IMG/VR virus record: IMGVR_UViG_2671180805_000011 | Length of the DNA: 6,830 nt | Origin: a virus | Taxonomy: Duplodnaviria > Heunggongvirae > Uroviricota > Caudoviricetes | Strand: one strand, 5' to 3' | Part shown: piece after piece, positions 1 to 6,526 of the stretch | Numbering within the stretch: the stretch's first letter is position 1 | Layout of the letters: the number at the start of each line of letters is the position of its first letter | Notes under the pieces: generated by a model | Told to the model about the DNA's origin: nothing | The model's database searches: none | The model's input: the letters and a program-made list of their open reading frames with translations, nothing else | Position numbers and translations under genes: made by a program

Positions 1-33
1 AATGGTAGTGTCCGCTATTGCCAGTACACCTCA
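1..33 (+). mobile_element. Right terminal inverted repeat of an IS3-family element whose body lies upstream of the window
   Basis: Bases 1-35 are identical to 2758-2792, which immediately follow the transposase OrfB stop at 2747; ends in ...CACCTCA, the TG...CA style of IS3-family termini. Flanks diverge after position 35. Confidence 0.5.
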
Positions 34-160
34 GGGTATAAGGGGTTATGGCCACCGGACTACCAAACGGCTGCCAGCCCTCTTTCAGTTTATGTGTCAG
101 CTTTTCCGCAAGATCTGACGGCGGCGCCGCCCTGACAACATCATAGTGTTTAAATGCCAT
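34..160 (-). pseudogene. Small prophage ORF interrupted by the IS end (N-terminal 42 codons: MAFKHYDVVRAAPPSDLAEKLTHKLKEGWQPFGSPVAITPY...)
   Basis: Minus-strand ATG at 160-158 with GGTGGAAAG upstream; reading frame runs straight into the IS terminal repeat at 33. The GWQP-containing sequence resembles small DUF1737-type prophage proteins (from memory, not searched). Confidence 0.3.
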
Positions 161-353
161 GGTTCTTTCCACCATCTGAAAAATAATTCTTTAAAATACC
201 TGACATGTAATACAGAAAAAACACAAAACCATACCTTAAATAAAAACCTGATTATCAAGCAGATATGCATGGATAAACTACAAGACGAGATATAAACCAC
301 CCTGCATTTAAATAAACAATAAACAACATCAGAAAAATAATTCTGCTCTATGG

Positions 354-380
354 TTTACATTCAAAAATATCATTTATACT
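354..380 (+). promoter_or_regulatory. Candidate sigma70 promoter for the 421-756 ORF
   Basis: TTTACA (354-359), 15-nt spacer, TATACT (375-380); AAGGAA Shine-Dalgarno at 410-415 before ATG 421. Confidence 0.35.
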
Positions 381-420
381 TTTCAGAACATCACCAGCAA
401 GGCATAAACAAGGAAACTAA

Positions 421-756
421 ATGAAGTGGATTGTGATTGATACAGTTATCCAGCCATCATGCGGAATATCTTTTTCAGTCATATGGAGTAAAATAAAATT
501 AATAATCTGGTATCAATCGGATGCTTTCTTACCTCCTGAAAGTATATTTACACTGACTCACACAGGCATCATGCTCAATAACAAAGTGCTACCTGTAACC
601 ATTTACAACGTAGTACCATTCAATAAAACATTCTGGAATTCAATCAAAAATAGCCAGGAATGCCCTACAAATACAGATAACGTATTGAATGAATGCTTTA
701 ATAACCGTTGCACTCTGCAAATATGTCCTTATGGACTAAAACAACAAAGTCCATAA
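421..756 (+). CDS. Hypothetical Cys-rich small protein (111 aa), AT-rich, unknown function
   Basis: ORF track; good RBS and promoter-like hexamers upstream; strongly AT-rich relative to neighbouring phage genes; transcribed convergently to the phage late genes. No family recognised. Confidence 0.4.
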   Translation: MKWIVIDTVIQPSCGISFSVIWSKIKLIIWYQSDAFLPPESIFTLTHTGIMLNNKVLPVTIYNVVPFNKTFWNSIKNSQECPTNTDNVLNECFNNRCTLQICPYGLKQQSP

Positions 757-779
757 GGAGTTTACTCACATCTGACAAA

Positions 780-810
780 ATCAATATAAACAGCCCCTCC
801 GGAGAGGGGC
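780..810 (-). terminator. Hairpin GCCCCTC-CGGA-GAGGGGC (793-810) with U-rich tail on the minus strand
   Basis: Perfect 7-bp GC-rich stem; minus-strand downstream sequence UGUUUAUAUUGAUUUU. An imperfect copy sits at 2981-2997 at the same boundary of the conserved segment. Confidence 0.35.
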
Positions 811-1036
811 TGGAGAGTGGCGCTATGTGCCATTGCATGGTGCCGGGTGCCTCCCGGTGAATTCAGTACCAGCACCTGAATCCGCGATTATCCCATATAC
901 CTACTCGCTGATTGCCCCTCCGCACAGGGGGATTCACCATGCCAGTTTCTTTTAACAAACTCCCCGCAAACCAGACAACAGTCAACCGCCTGAATTGTGA
1001 AGTATTTAAAAATTTCTCCCGCTAACTGATACCCGG

Positions 1037-1123
1037 CTAACAGTCTGGCGTTTTCTTTTTCAGCAACGGGAAAGCAACAACCACCACACCCGCCACCAGC
1101 ACACCGTCAGCCAGCACTGACAT
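1037..1123 (-). CDS. Candidate 28-aa hydrophobic micropeptide (MSVLADGVLVAGVVVVAFPLLKKKTPDC)
   Basis: My own translation of the minus strand; below the ORF-track size cutoff. Single predicted membrane-like helix followed by KKK; no convincing Shine-Dalgarno. Second identical copy at 5806-5892. Confidence 0.15.
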   Translation of the reverse strand: MSVLADGVLVAGVVVVAFPLLKKKTPDC

Positions 1124-1203
1124 TATCCGGCTGCTGCAATGCCATTCACAAAAACAGTAAGCAATCACTTTTTACCGTAACAGGTGATAATCCAGATATG
1201 TAT

Positions 1204-1557
1204 CTACCCCAGATGAGTAATCCGAAGTTCATCCATACCACAGGTCCTGGCTATTCTGTTGTACTCCTGAACAAGAGCAAATAATTCTGAATTAGCAACC
1301 ATGAACTCATCGCAAACCCTCTGTATAGCATCACTATTCAGAATAATAACGTCTCTTCCCGAAAGACGATCAGGAGTACAGAACAAAACTGTCAAACGGC
1401 TGAAGGCCTTTGCTCGTGCTGCATTGACTATATCAATACGCTGCCTAAGGATGAAACACCCCGACGCCTCATCAATATTCACTCTACCCACACCATATGA
1501 ATGATAAATATTTAATGCTGAAAAAACCATTAGACCGTATAACAAACACTCAATCAA
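1204..1557 (-). CDS. Hypothetical protein (117 aa from TTG; 108 aa from first ATG at 1530), unknown function
   Basis: ORF track; sits directly downstream of tRNA-Arg(UCU), the slot stxA occupies in Stx phages. Promoter-like TTGTCA-16-TAAGTA upstream on the minus strand (about 1590-1563). Weak RBS, AT-rich; an antisense 67-aa ORF (1301-1504) overlaps. Confidence 0.3.
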   Translation of the reverse strand: MIECLLYGLMVFSALNIYHSYGVGRVNIDEASGCFILRQRIDIVNAARAKAFSRLTVLFCTPDRLSGRDVIILNSDAIQRVCDEFMVANSELFALVQEYNRIARTCGMDELRITHLG

Positions 1558-1667
1558 TACTTAACAGAACTTTTATTTTTGACAAACATAAAATATTTTC
1601 AACAATATCCTGAGCCAGGTATATTTCAGTATAAGGCTCTGCCGGAAGGAATCTGGAAGAATGAATA

Positions 1668-1744
1668 TGGCGCGCTGTACTGGATTCGAACCAGTGACCG
1701 ATTGCTTAGAAGGCAATTGCTCTGTCCGGCTGAGCTAACAACGC
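1668..1744 (-). tRNA. argO: tRNA-Arg (anticodon UCU)
   Basis: Reverse complement folds as a cloverleaf: acceptor GCGTTGT/ACAGCGC (one G-U pair), anticodon loop CUUCUAA, T-loop TTCGAAT, 3' CCA. One SNP relative to the copy at 3235-3311. Confidence 0.8.
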
Positions 1745-1757
1745 TGAATACCGATAA

Positions 1758-1823
1758 TGGACCGCCATCGGGGACCCGCCCCCGCACCAACAACCCTGTT
1801 ATCGTGTCGTCTGCTCTTCCTGA
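1758..1823 (-). pseudogene. 3' portion of an argN-like tRNA variant, truncated at the IS junction
   Basis: Shares the 3' acceptor end TGGACCGCCATCGGGGAC with argN (3325-3342) and matches 6527-6592 of the variant in module C; identity with module C stops at 1823/1824 where IS orfA sequence begins. Confidence 0.45.
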
Positions 1824-2790
1824 ACTTGAGCGAGATATATTAAAAAAAGCAACAGCGTATTTTGCACAGGAGTCGCTGAAAAATACGCGTTAATCGAACA
1901 ATGGCGACAACAATTTCCCATTGAAGCGATGTGTCAGGTATTTGGTGTATCCAGGAGCGGTTATTACAACTGGGTACAGCATGAACCCTCAGACAGAAAA
2001 CAAAGTGATGAGCGGCTAAAACTGGAGATTAAGGTGGCACATATCCGCACTCGCGAAACATATGGAACCCGGCGGCTCCAGACGGAGCTGGCAGAGAATG
2101 GCATCATCGTTGGTCGTGACCGACTGGCACGTCTTCGTAAGGAGCTAAGGCTACGCTGTAAGCAGAAACGCAAGTTCAGAGCGACTACGAACTCGAACCA
2201 CAATCTGCCAGTTGCGCCAAATCTGCTGAACCAGACGTTCGCTCCTACAGCACCAAATCAGGTCTGGGTGGCGGACCTGACGTATGTTGCCACACAGGAG
2301 GGATGGTTGTACCTCGCTGGCATCAAAGATGTTTATACGTGCGAAATTGTCGGCTACGCCATGGGAGAGCGCATGACAAAAGAGCTGACAGGTAAAGCCC
2401 TGTTTATGGCGCTCAGGAGCCAGCGCCCACCTGCCGGGCTAATCCACCACTCTGATCGAGGTTCACAGTACTGCGCATACGATTACCGGGTCATACAGGA
2501 GCAGTCTGGTCTGAAAACATCAATGTCGCGTAAAGGTAACTGTTACGACAACGCTCCGATGGAAAGCTTCTGGGGAACGCTGAAAAATGAGAGCCTGAGC
2601 CACTATCGTTTTAATAACCGGGATGAAGCCATCTCAGTAATACGGGAATACATTGAGATTTTCTACAATCGTCAGCGTCGTCACTCTCGTCTGGGGAATA
2701 TCTCCCCGGCAGCCTTCAGGGAAAAATATCATCAGATGGCTGCTTAAAAAAAGAACAAATGGTAGTGTCCGCTATTGCCAGTACACCTCA
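1824..2790 (+). mobile_element. 5'-truncated IS3-family insertion sequence (lacks left inverted repeat and most of orfA)
   Basis: Retains orfA C-terminus (...ELERDILKKATAYFAQESLKNTR), slippery run A-AAA-AAA at 1842-1848 for -1 frameshifting, complete OrfB and the right terminal repeat 2758-2790. Only ~967 bp versus ~1.2-1.3 kb for intact family members. Confidence 0.8.
1929..2747 (+). CDS. IS3-family transposase OrfB (DDE integrase catalytic domain)
   Basis: 272-aa ORF with the DDE signature contexts WVADLTY, HSDRGSQY and NAPMESFWGTLKNE; the -1 frame is open from 1830 (KKSNSVFCTGVAEKYALIEQWRQQFPIEAM...), as expected for an OrfAB fusion. Confidence 0.9.
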   Translation: MCQVFGVSRSGYYNWVQHEPSDRKQSDERLKLEIKVAHIRTRETYGTRRLQTELAENGIIVGRDRLARLRKELRLRCKQKRKFRATTNSNHNLPVAPNLLNQTFAPTAPNQVWVADLTYVATQEGWLYLAGIKDVYTCEIVGYAMGERMTKELTGKALFMALRSQRPPAGLIHHSDRGSQYCAYDYRVIQEQSGLKTSMSRKGNCYDNAPMESFWGTLKNESLSHYRFNNRDEAISVIREYIEIFYNRQRRHSRLGNISPAAFREKYHQMAA

Positions 2791-2996
2791 GGATAGCGGT
2801 CATGTGATGCCGGTTTCCCGGTAACTCAGCACCGGTATCTGAGTCAACGTTTTCTCTACTGGGTCATTTCCGATACGCCCTGCCTGCTGACAGGCTTTCA
2901 TCACATCTGAAAATATAGCACCCTGACTGATACTGTAGTACCTAAGGTTCCAGAAACTGTGATGTATCCGGCACAGAAAAGCCCCTCCGGAGAGGG

Positions 2997-3200
2997 CTGG
3001 AGAGTGGCGCTATGTGCCATTGCATGATGCCGGGTGCCTCCCGGTGAATTCAGTACCAGCACCTGAATCCGCGATTATCCCATATACCTACTCGCTGATT
3101 GCCCCTCCGCACAGGGGGATTCACCATGCCAGTTTCTTTTAACAAACTCCCCGCAAAACAGACAACTGTCAACCGTCTGAATTGTGAGACATTTAAAAAA
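2997..3200. repeat. Third, slightly diverged copy of the conserved ~200-bp segment
   Basis: Aligns with 807-1012 and 5576-5781 with a handful of substitutions (for example catgatgcc versus catggtgcc). Here it directly follows the argO terminator with no insert. Confidence 0.85.
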
Positions 3201-3220
3201 AAGGCCCGCAAAAGCGAGCC
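3195..3220 (-). terminator. Rho-independent terminator downstream of the tRNA cluster
   Basis: Minus strand GGCUCGC-UUUU-GCGGGCC followed by eight U (plus-strand A-run 3195-3202). Confidence 0.5.
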
Positions 3221-3234
3221 AGGGAAAATAAGTG

Positions 3235-3311
3235 TGGCGCGTTGTACTGGATTCGAACCAGTGACCGATTGCTTAGAAGGCAATTGCTCTGTCCGGCTGA
3301 GCTAACAACGC
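3235..3311 (-). tRNA. argO: tRNA-Arg (anticodon UCU)
   Basis: 77 nt; perfect acceptor GCGTTGT/ACAACGC, anticodon loop CUUCUAA, T-loop TTCGAAT, CCA encoded. Confidence 0.85.
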
Positions 3312-3324
3312 ATGATGCAGATAA

Positions 3325-3401
3325 TGGACCGCCATCGGGGACTTGAACCCCGCGCAGCCAGCTTCGAAGGCTGGCGCTCTTTCCTGATGAGCTAATGGCG
3401 G
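3325..3401 (-). tRNA. argN: tRNA-Arg (anticodon UCG)
   Basis: 77 nt; acceptor CCGCCAT/ATGGCGG, D-arm GCTC/GAGC, anticodon loop CUUCGAA, T-arm CGGGG-TTCAAGT-CCCCG, CCA encoded. Confidence 0.85.
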
Positions 3402-3408
3402 TATGTGA

Positions 3409-3484
3409 TGGTGGCCCTTGCTGGATTTGAACCAGCGACCTGGCGATTATGAGTCGCTCGCTCTCACCACTGAGCTAAAGGGCC
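3409..3484 (-). tRNA. ileZ: tRNA-Ile2 type (anticodon CAU, presumably lysidine-modified)
   Basis: 76 nt cloverleaf with CCA; closely resembles the E. coli ileX sequence as I recall it. Anticodon CAU alone cannot exclude tRNA-Met. Confidence 0.75.
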
Positions 3485-3524
3485 GGGAGCCGCATAATAA
3501 CGACGCGTAATTAATTCTTCAATA

Positions 3525-4583
3525 TCATCCGTTCTGGCTGACTAAATCCTGTACTTCCCGAACCGTCTGCTCAAAACGTTCAGTCTCCAGCTCAACGCCA
3601 ATTGCACGACGCCCGAGCGCCAGTGCCGCTTTCACTGTCGAACCCAACCCCATGAAAAAATCTGCAATCAGGTCACCCGGACGACTGCTAGCGCTGATTA
3701 TCTGCTGCAGCATTTCTGCCGGTTTTTCGCACGGATGTTTCCCGGGATAGAACTGCACCGGTTTATGCGTCCACACATCGGTATACGGCACCTGCACCGT
3801 CACGCCAAAATACCGCCGCAGATGTTTATATTCACTCAGCAGCTCCGCATACTGCCGGTTCAGTGAGGTATACGTATCCACCAGCTGGTGGTGGAGCTTT
3901 TCCAGTTCACCACGCCGATGCTTCTCTTCTGCCACCCGGGCAAACAGCGCCTGTAATTTCAGATAATCGCTTTCATTCGGCAACTGCCACTGACCGGCAC
4001 TGAACCAGTGCGACACCATGTTTTTCTTTCCTGTGGCATCTGCAATCTGTTTTGCCGTTATCCCCAGGGCAGCTCGCGCATCACGAAAGTAAGAAATCAG
4101 CGGGGCCATCACATGCTGTTTCAGTGCACTGCCCTTCGCCGCATACCCGGCATCTTTCGGACGATACGGCCCCTGATAATGTTCCGCGAACAGAATGCGC
4201 TCTGTGGCGGGGAAATACGCCCGCAGGCTTTCCTTGTTGCATCCGTTCCAGCGTCCGGACGGCTTCGCCCAGATAATATGGTTCAGCACACTGAAGCGTT
4301 CACGCATCATGATTTCGATATCAGATGCCAGGCGATGACCACAGAACAGGTAAAGACTTCCGGCAGGTTTCAGCACCCGCCAGAACTGCGCCAGACACTG
4401 GTCCAGCCACTTCAGGTAATCATCGTCGCCCTTCCACTGGTTATCCCAGCCCTCAGGCTTCACTTTAAAGTACGGCGGGTCCGTGACTATCAGGTCAACA
4501 GAATTTTCGGGTAACGACCGGATAAATTCCAGGCAGTCGGCGTTGATTAACTCACAACTGGATATTTTTACAGTATTAAGCAT
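3525..4583 (-). CDS. DNA methyltransferase (N6-adenine or N4-cytosine, beta-class motif order)
   Basis: 352-aa ORF; N-terminal catalytic motif IV ...SVDLIVTDPPY... and C-terminal AdoMet motif I DFFMGLGS. No adjacent restriction endonuclease, so likely an orphan prophage methylase. Confidence 0.85.
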   Translation of the reverse strand: MLNTVKISSCELINADCLEFIRSLPENSVDLIVTDPPYFKVKPEGWDNQWKGDDDYLKWLDQCLAQFWRVLKPAGSLYLFCGHRLASDIEIMMRERFSVLNHIIWAKPSGRWNGCNKESLRAYFPATERILFAEHYQGPYRPKDAGYAAKGSALKQHVMAPLISYFRDARAALGITAKQIADATGKKNMVSHWFSAGQWQLPNESDYLKLQALFARVAEEKHRRGELEKLHHQLVDTYTSLNRQYAELLSEYKHLRRYFGVTVQVPYTDVWTHKPVQFYPGKHPCEKPAEMLQQIISASSRPGDLIADFFMGLGSTVKAALALGRRAIGVELETERFEQTVREVQDLVSQNG

Positions 4584-4675
4584 GGATCATTAAGCCTGTC
4601 TCTGATAGGCTCATTCTGCTTTTGCGCAAAGCAGTGGGCCTGAGGTTTGCTTGTGAACCCAACGCATGAGCAGAT

Positions 4676-4706
4676 GGCTGGTGGGTGCCCCTAACACCCA
4701 CCAGCC
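4676..4706. promoter_or_regulatory. Perfect 12-bp inverted repeat GGCTGGTGGGTG-N7-CACCCACCAGCC in the methylase leader
   Basis: Seen directly; no adjoining U-tract on either strand, so not a simple terminator. A second smaller hairpin lies at 4616-4634 (CTGCTTT-TGCGC-AAAGCAG). Confidence 0.4.
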
Positions 4707-4723
4707 GCCCATTTACCACAAAT

Positions 4724-4747
4724 AAAAAAGCCTTCACTGCGGAAGGC
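4724..4747 (-). terminator. Hairpin plus U-tract overlapping the stop codon of the small HTH gene
   Basis: Minus strand GCCUUC-CGCAGU-GAAGGC followed by UUUUUUAUUU. Confidence 0.45.
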
Positions 4748-4931
4748 GTCTGTAACAACCGAACTGATAGTCTGCCAGACCCGCCATAACCAGCTGGGTC
4801 AGTATTAACTGGCAGCGTTCGCGTGAAAGGTAAGTATTCTGCGCTATCTCCCCGACTGTCGCCGGTTCGGTAACGCTTAATTCATTAAACACCACTCTGG
4901 CGGTTTCTGTCATATCCTGCTGTTTTAGCAT
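4734..4931 (-). CDS. Small predicted helix-turn-helix DNA-binding protein (65 aa)
   Basis: ORF track; AAGGAAAAG Shine-Dalgarno before ATG; segment VGEIAQNTYLSRERCQLILTQLVMAGL looks like a helix-turn-helix; immediately upstream of the methylase in the same orientation. Confidence 0.5.
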   Translation of the reverse strand: MLKQQDMTETARVVFNELSVTEPATVGEIAQNTYLSRERCQLILTQLVMAGLADYQFGCYRRLPQ

Positions 4932-5049
4932 GTCTTTTCCTTTTCCGGTTAACGTGACACACCAATAACTCTTGTCGAAAAAGCCAGCAAGCTGAAAGAC
5001 AGGTATTCACCGCCACCAGCGCGTTTACTGTACTGACGCGATTTCAGTC

Positions 5050-5075
5050 ATAAAAAACCCGCTCGGCGGCGGGTT
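5050..5075 (-). terminator. tR'-like terminator of the short late leader transcript
   Basis: Minus strand AACCCGC-CGCCGA-GCGGGUU followed by UUUUUAU; repeated at 6727-6752. Confidence 0.55.
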
Positions 5076-5122
5076 GTAGAAACTCTTCTAACGTCAGGCA
5101 TAAAACGCCCATCGTTATGACG

Positions 5123-5150
5123 AATTTACCACAGATTCCGGAAAAATCAA
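5123..5150 (-). promoter_or_regulatory. Late promoter pR'-like (-35 TTGATT, 16-nt spacer, -10 TAAATT), expected site of Q engagement
   Basis: Hexamers read on the minus strand, starting 5 bp after the Q stop; the TAAATT -10 matches my recollection of lambda pR'. Second copy at 6800-6827 with one nearby SNP. Confidence 0.5.
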
Positions 5151-5155
5151 CCTTG

Positions 5156-5644
5156 TTACCTAGTTACCTTTTTTAACTGCCGCTCAGCCCATGCTTCTTC
5201 AATATCAAACCGGGTCACCAGCGCATCATAAAATTTCTTAACTGTTTTTTCCCATGACGCGCGTGTTATCTGGTTTGTCACCTCGCATATAGCATTAAAT
5301 GCCTCCGTTGATGGTAGTCTTTCATAGCCACGACCACCACAACGCTGGCAGTCTCTGATAACAGGCATACCACGTTTTACCGACTCTTCACGATGAATGG
5401 CGACACCACGCCCACGGCAATCCTTACAGGCGGTGGAAACCTCACCCTTTCCGCCACACTCCGGACAGGCAACTTTTACCACCTCCCTGACTTTTTTCCA
5501 TTCTTCCCAGTAAGACGGATACACACCTTTCGTACACTTTGCCCATACCGGCGGCTTACCATCCGGATACTGGAAGGGCTGGAGAGTGGCGCTATGTGCC
5601 ATTGCATGGTGCCGGGTGCCTCCCGGTGAATTCAGTACCAGCAC
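5156..5644 (-). CDS. Q: Lambda-family late antiterminator Q, probably 5'-chimeric or truncated
   Basis: CxxC motifs (CPECGGKG, CKDCRGRG, CQRCGGRG) and C-terminus ...WEKTVKKFYDALV...KVTR match my recollection of lambda Q (...CRDCHGTGR...GRCKGVGY...WSRTVKPLYDALV...AVTR). The track ORF starts at GTG 5644; first ATG is 5603. Codons upstream of 5577 lie in the repeated conserved segment. Confidence 0.7.
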   Translation of the reverse strand: MLVLNSPGGTRHHAMAHSATLQPFQYPDGKPPVWAKCTKGVYPSYWEEWKKVREVVKVACPECGGKGEVSTACKDCRGRGVAIHREESVKRGMPVIRDCQRCGGRGYERLPSTEAFNAICEVTNQITRASWEKTVKKFYDALVTRFDIEEAWAERQLKKVTR

Positions 5645-5972
5645 CTGAATCCGCGATTATCCCATATACCTACTCGCTGATTGCCCCTCCGCACAGGGGG
5701 ATTCACCATGCCAGTTTCTTTTAACAAACTCCCCGCAAACCAGACAACAGTCAACCGCCTGAATTGTGAAGTATTTAAAAATTTCTCCCGCTAACTGATA
5801 CCCGGCTAACAGTCTGGCGTTTTCTTTTTCAGCAACGGGAAAGCAACAACCACCACACCCGCCACCAGCACACCGTCAGCCAGCACTGACATTATCCGGC
5901 TGCTGCAATGCCATTCACAAAAACAGTAAGCAATCACTTTTTACCGTAACAGGTGATAATCCAGATATGTAT

Positions 5973-6326
5973 CTACCCCAGATGAGTAATCCGAAGTTCA
6001 TCCATACCACAGGTCCTGGCTATTCTGTTGTACTCCTGAACAAGAGCAAATAATTCTGAATTAGCAACCATGAACTCATCGCAAACCCTCTGTATAGCAT
6101 CACTATTCAGAATAATAACGTCTCTTCCCGAAAGACGATCAGGAGTACAGAACAAAACTGTCAAACGGCTGAAGGCCTTTGCTCGTGCTGCATTGACTAT
6201 ATCAATACGCTGCCTAAGGATGAAACACCCCGACGCCTCATCAATATTCACTCTACCCACACCATATGAATGATAAATATTTAATGCTGAAAAAACCATT
6301 AGACCGTATAACAAACACTCAATCAA
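5973..6326 (-). CDS. Hypothetical protein, second identical copy of the 1204-1557 ORF
   Basis: ORF-track protein identical to the 1204-1557 product. Confidence 0.3.
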   Translation of the reverse strand: MIECLLYGLMVFSALNIYHSYGVGRVNIDEASGCFILRQRIDIVNAARAKAFSRLTVLFCTPDRLSGRDVIILNSDAIQRVCDEFMVANSELFALVQEYNRIARTCGMDELRITHLG

Positions 6327-6436
6327 TACTTAACAGAACTTTTATTTTTGACAAACATAAAATATTTTCAACAATATCCTGAGCCAGGTATATTTCAGTA
6401 TAAGGCTCTGCCGGAAGGAATCTGGAAGAATGAATA

Positions 6437-6513
6437 TGGCGCGCTGTACTGGATTCGAACCAGTGACCGATTGCTTAGAAGGCAATTGCTCTGTCCGGCT
6501 GAGCTAACAACGC
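6437..6513 (-). tRNA. argO: tRNA-Arg (anticodon UCU), identical to the 1668-1744 copy
   Basis: Same sequence as 1668-1744 at offset 4769. Confidence 0.8.
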
Positions 6514-6526
6514 TGAATACCGATAA

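Larger units (their letters stand above)
807..1823. repeat. Direct repeat copy 1 (~1,017 bp), identical to 5576-6592
   Basis: Visual alignment at constant offset 4769 found no mismatches; ORF-track proteins at 1204-1557 and 5973-6326 are identical. Comprises conserved segment (807-1012), AT-rich insert (1013-1667), tRNA-Arg and a tRNA fragment. Confidence 0.9.

Noticed and set aside
97-300. 67-aa minus-strand ORF in the AT-rich intergenic region
   Set aside because: Low-complexity product in a different frame from the better-supported ORF starting at 160; likely a chance open frame in AT-rich DNA.
807-1012. Conserved ~200-bp segment as a protein-coding gene or additional tRNA
   Set aside because: No frame stays open across all three copies and no T-loop or acceptor-like motifs are present; it may be a conserved regulatory or recombination segment, but I cannot assign a function.
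1301-1504. 67-aa plus-strand ORF antisense to the 117-aa cargo ORF
   Set aside because: Shorter, with no RBS and no promoter-like sequence; kept only as an alternative should the minus-strand ORF prove non-coding.
807-1667. Looked for Shiga toxin genes stxA/stxB downstream of argO
   Set aside because: None of the translated frames resembles the Stx A or B subunit as I recall them; the slot holds an unrelated AT-rich insert or nothing.
1579-1893. 104-aa plus-strand ORF (also 6348-6635 and 3099-3305)
   Set aside because: These read antisense through the tRNA genes and, for 1579-1893, fuse into the IS orfA remnant; they are artefacts of open frames over structured RNA genes.
1964-2203. 79-aa minus-strand ORF inside transposase OrfB
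   Set aside because: Antisense shadow ORF within a well-supported transposase gene.
2800-2901. 33-codon minus-strand ORF (MKACQQAGRIGNDPVEKTLTQIPVLSYRETGIT) ending 8 bp before the IS end
   Set aside because: No ribosome-binding site and too short to support; may be a remnant of a gene disrupted nearby.
4008-4514. 168-aa and 74-aa plus-strand ORFs inside the methylase gene
   Set aside because: Antisense to a well-supported coding region, with no start signals.
4576-4758. 60-aa minus-strand ORF between the HTH gene and the methylase
   Set aside because: It runs across the terminator hairpin and both leader hairpins, which look structural rather than coding.
5393-5724. 78-aa and 61-aa plus-strand ORFs overlapping Q and the conserved segment
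   Set aside because: Antisense to Q and spanning the repeat junction; no translation signals.
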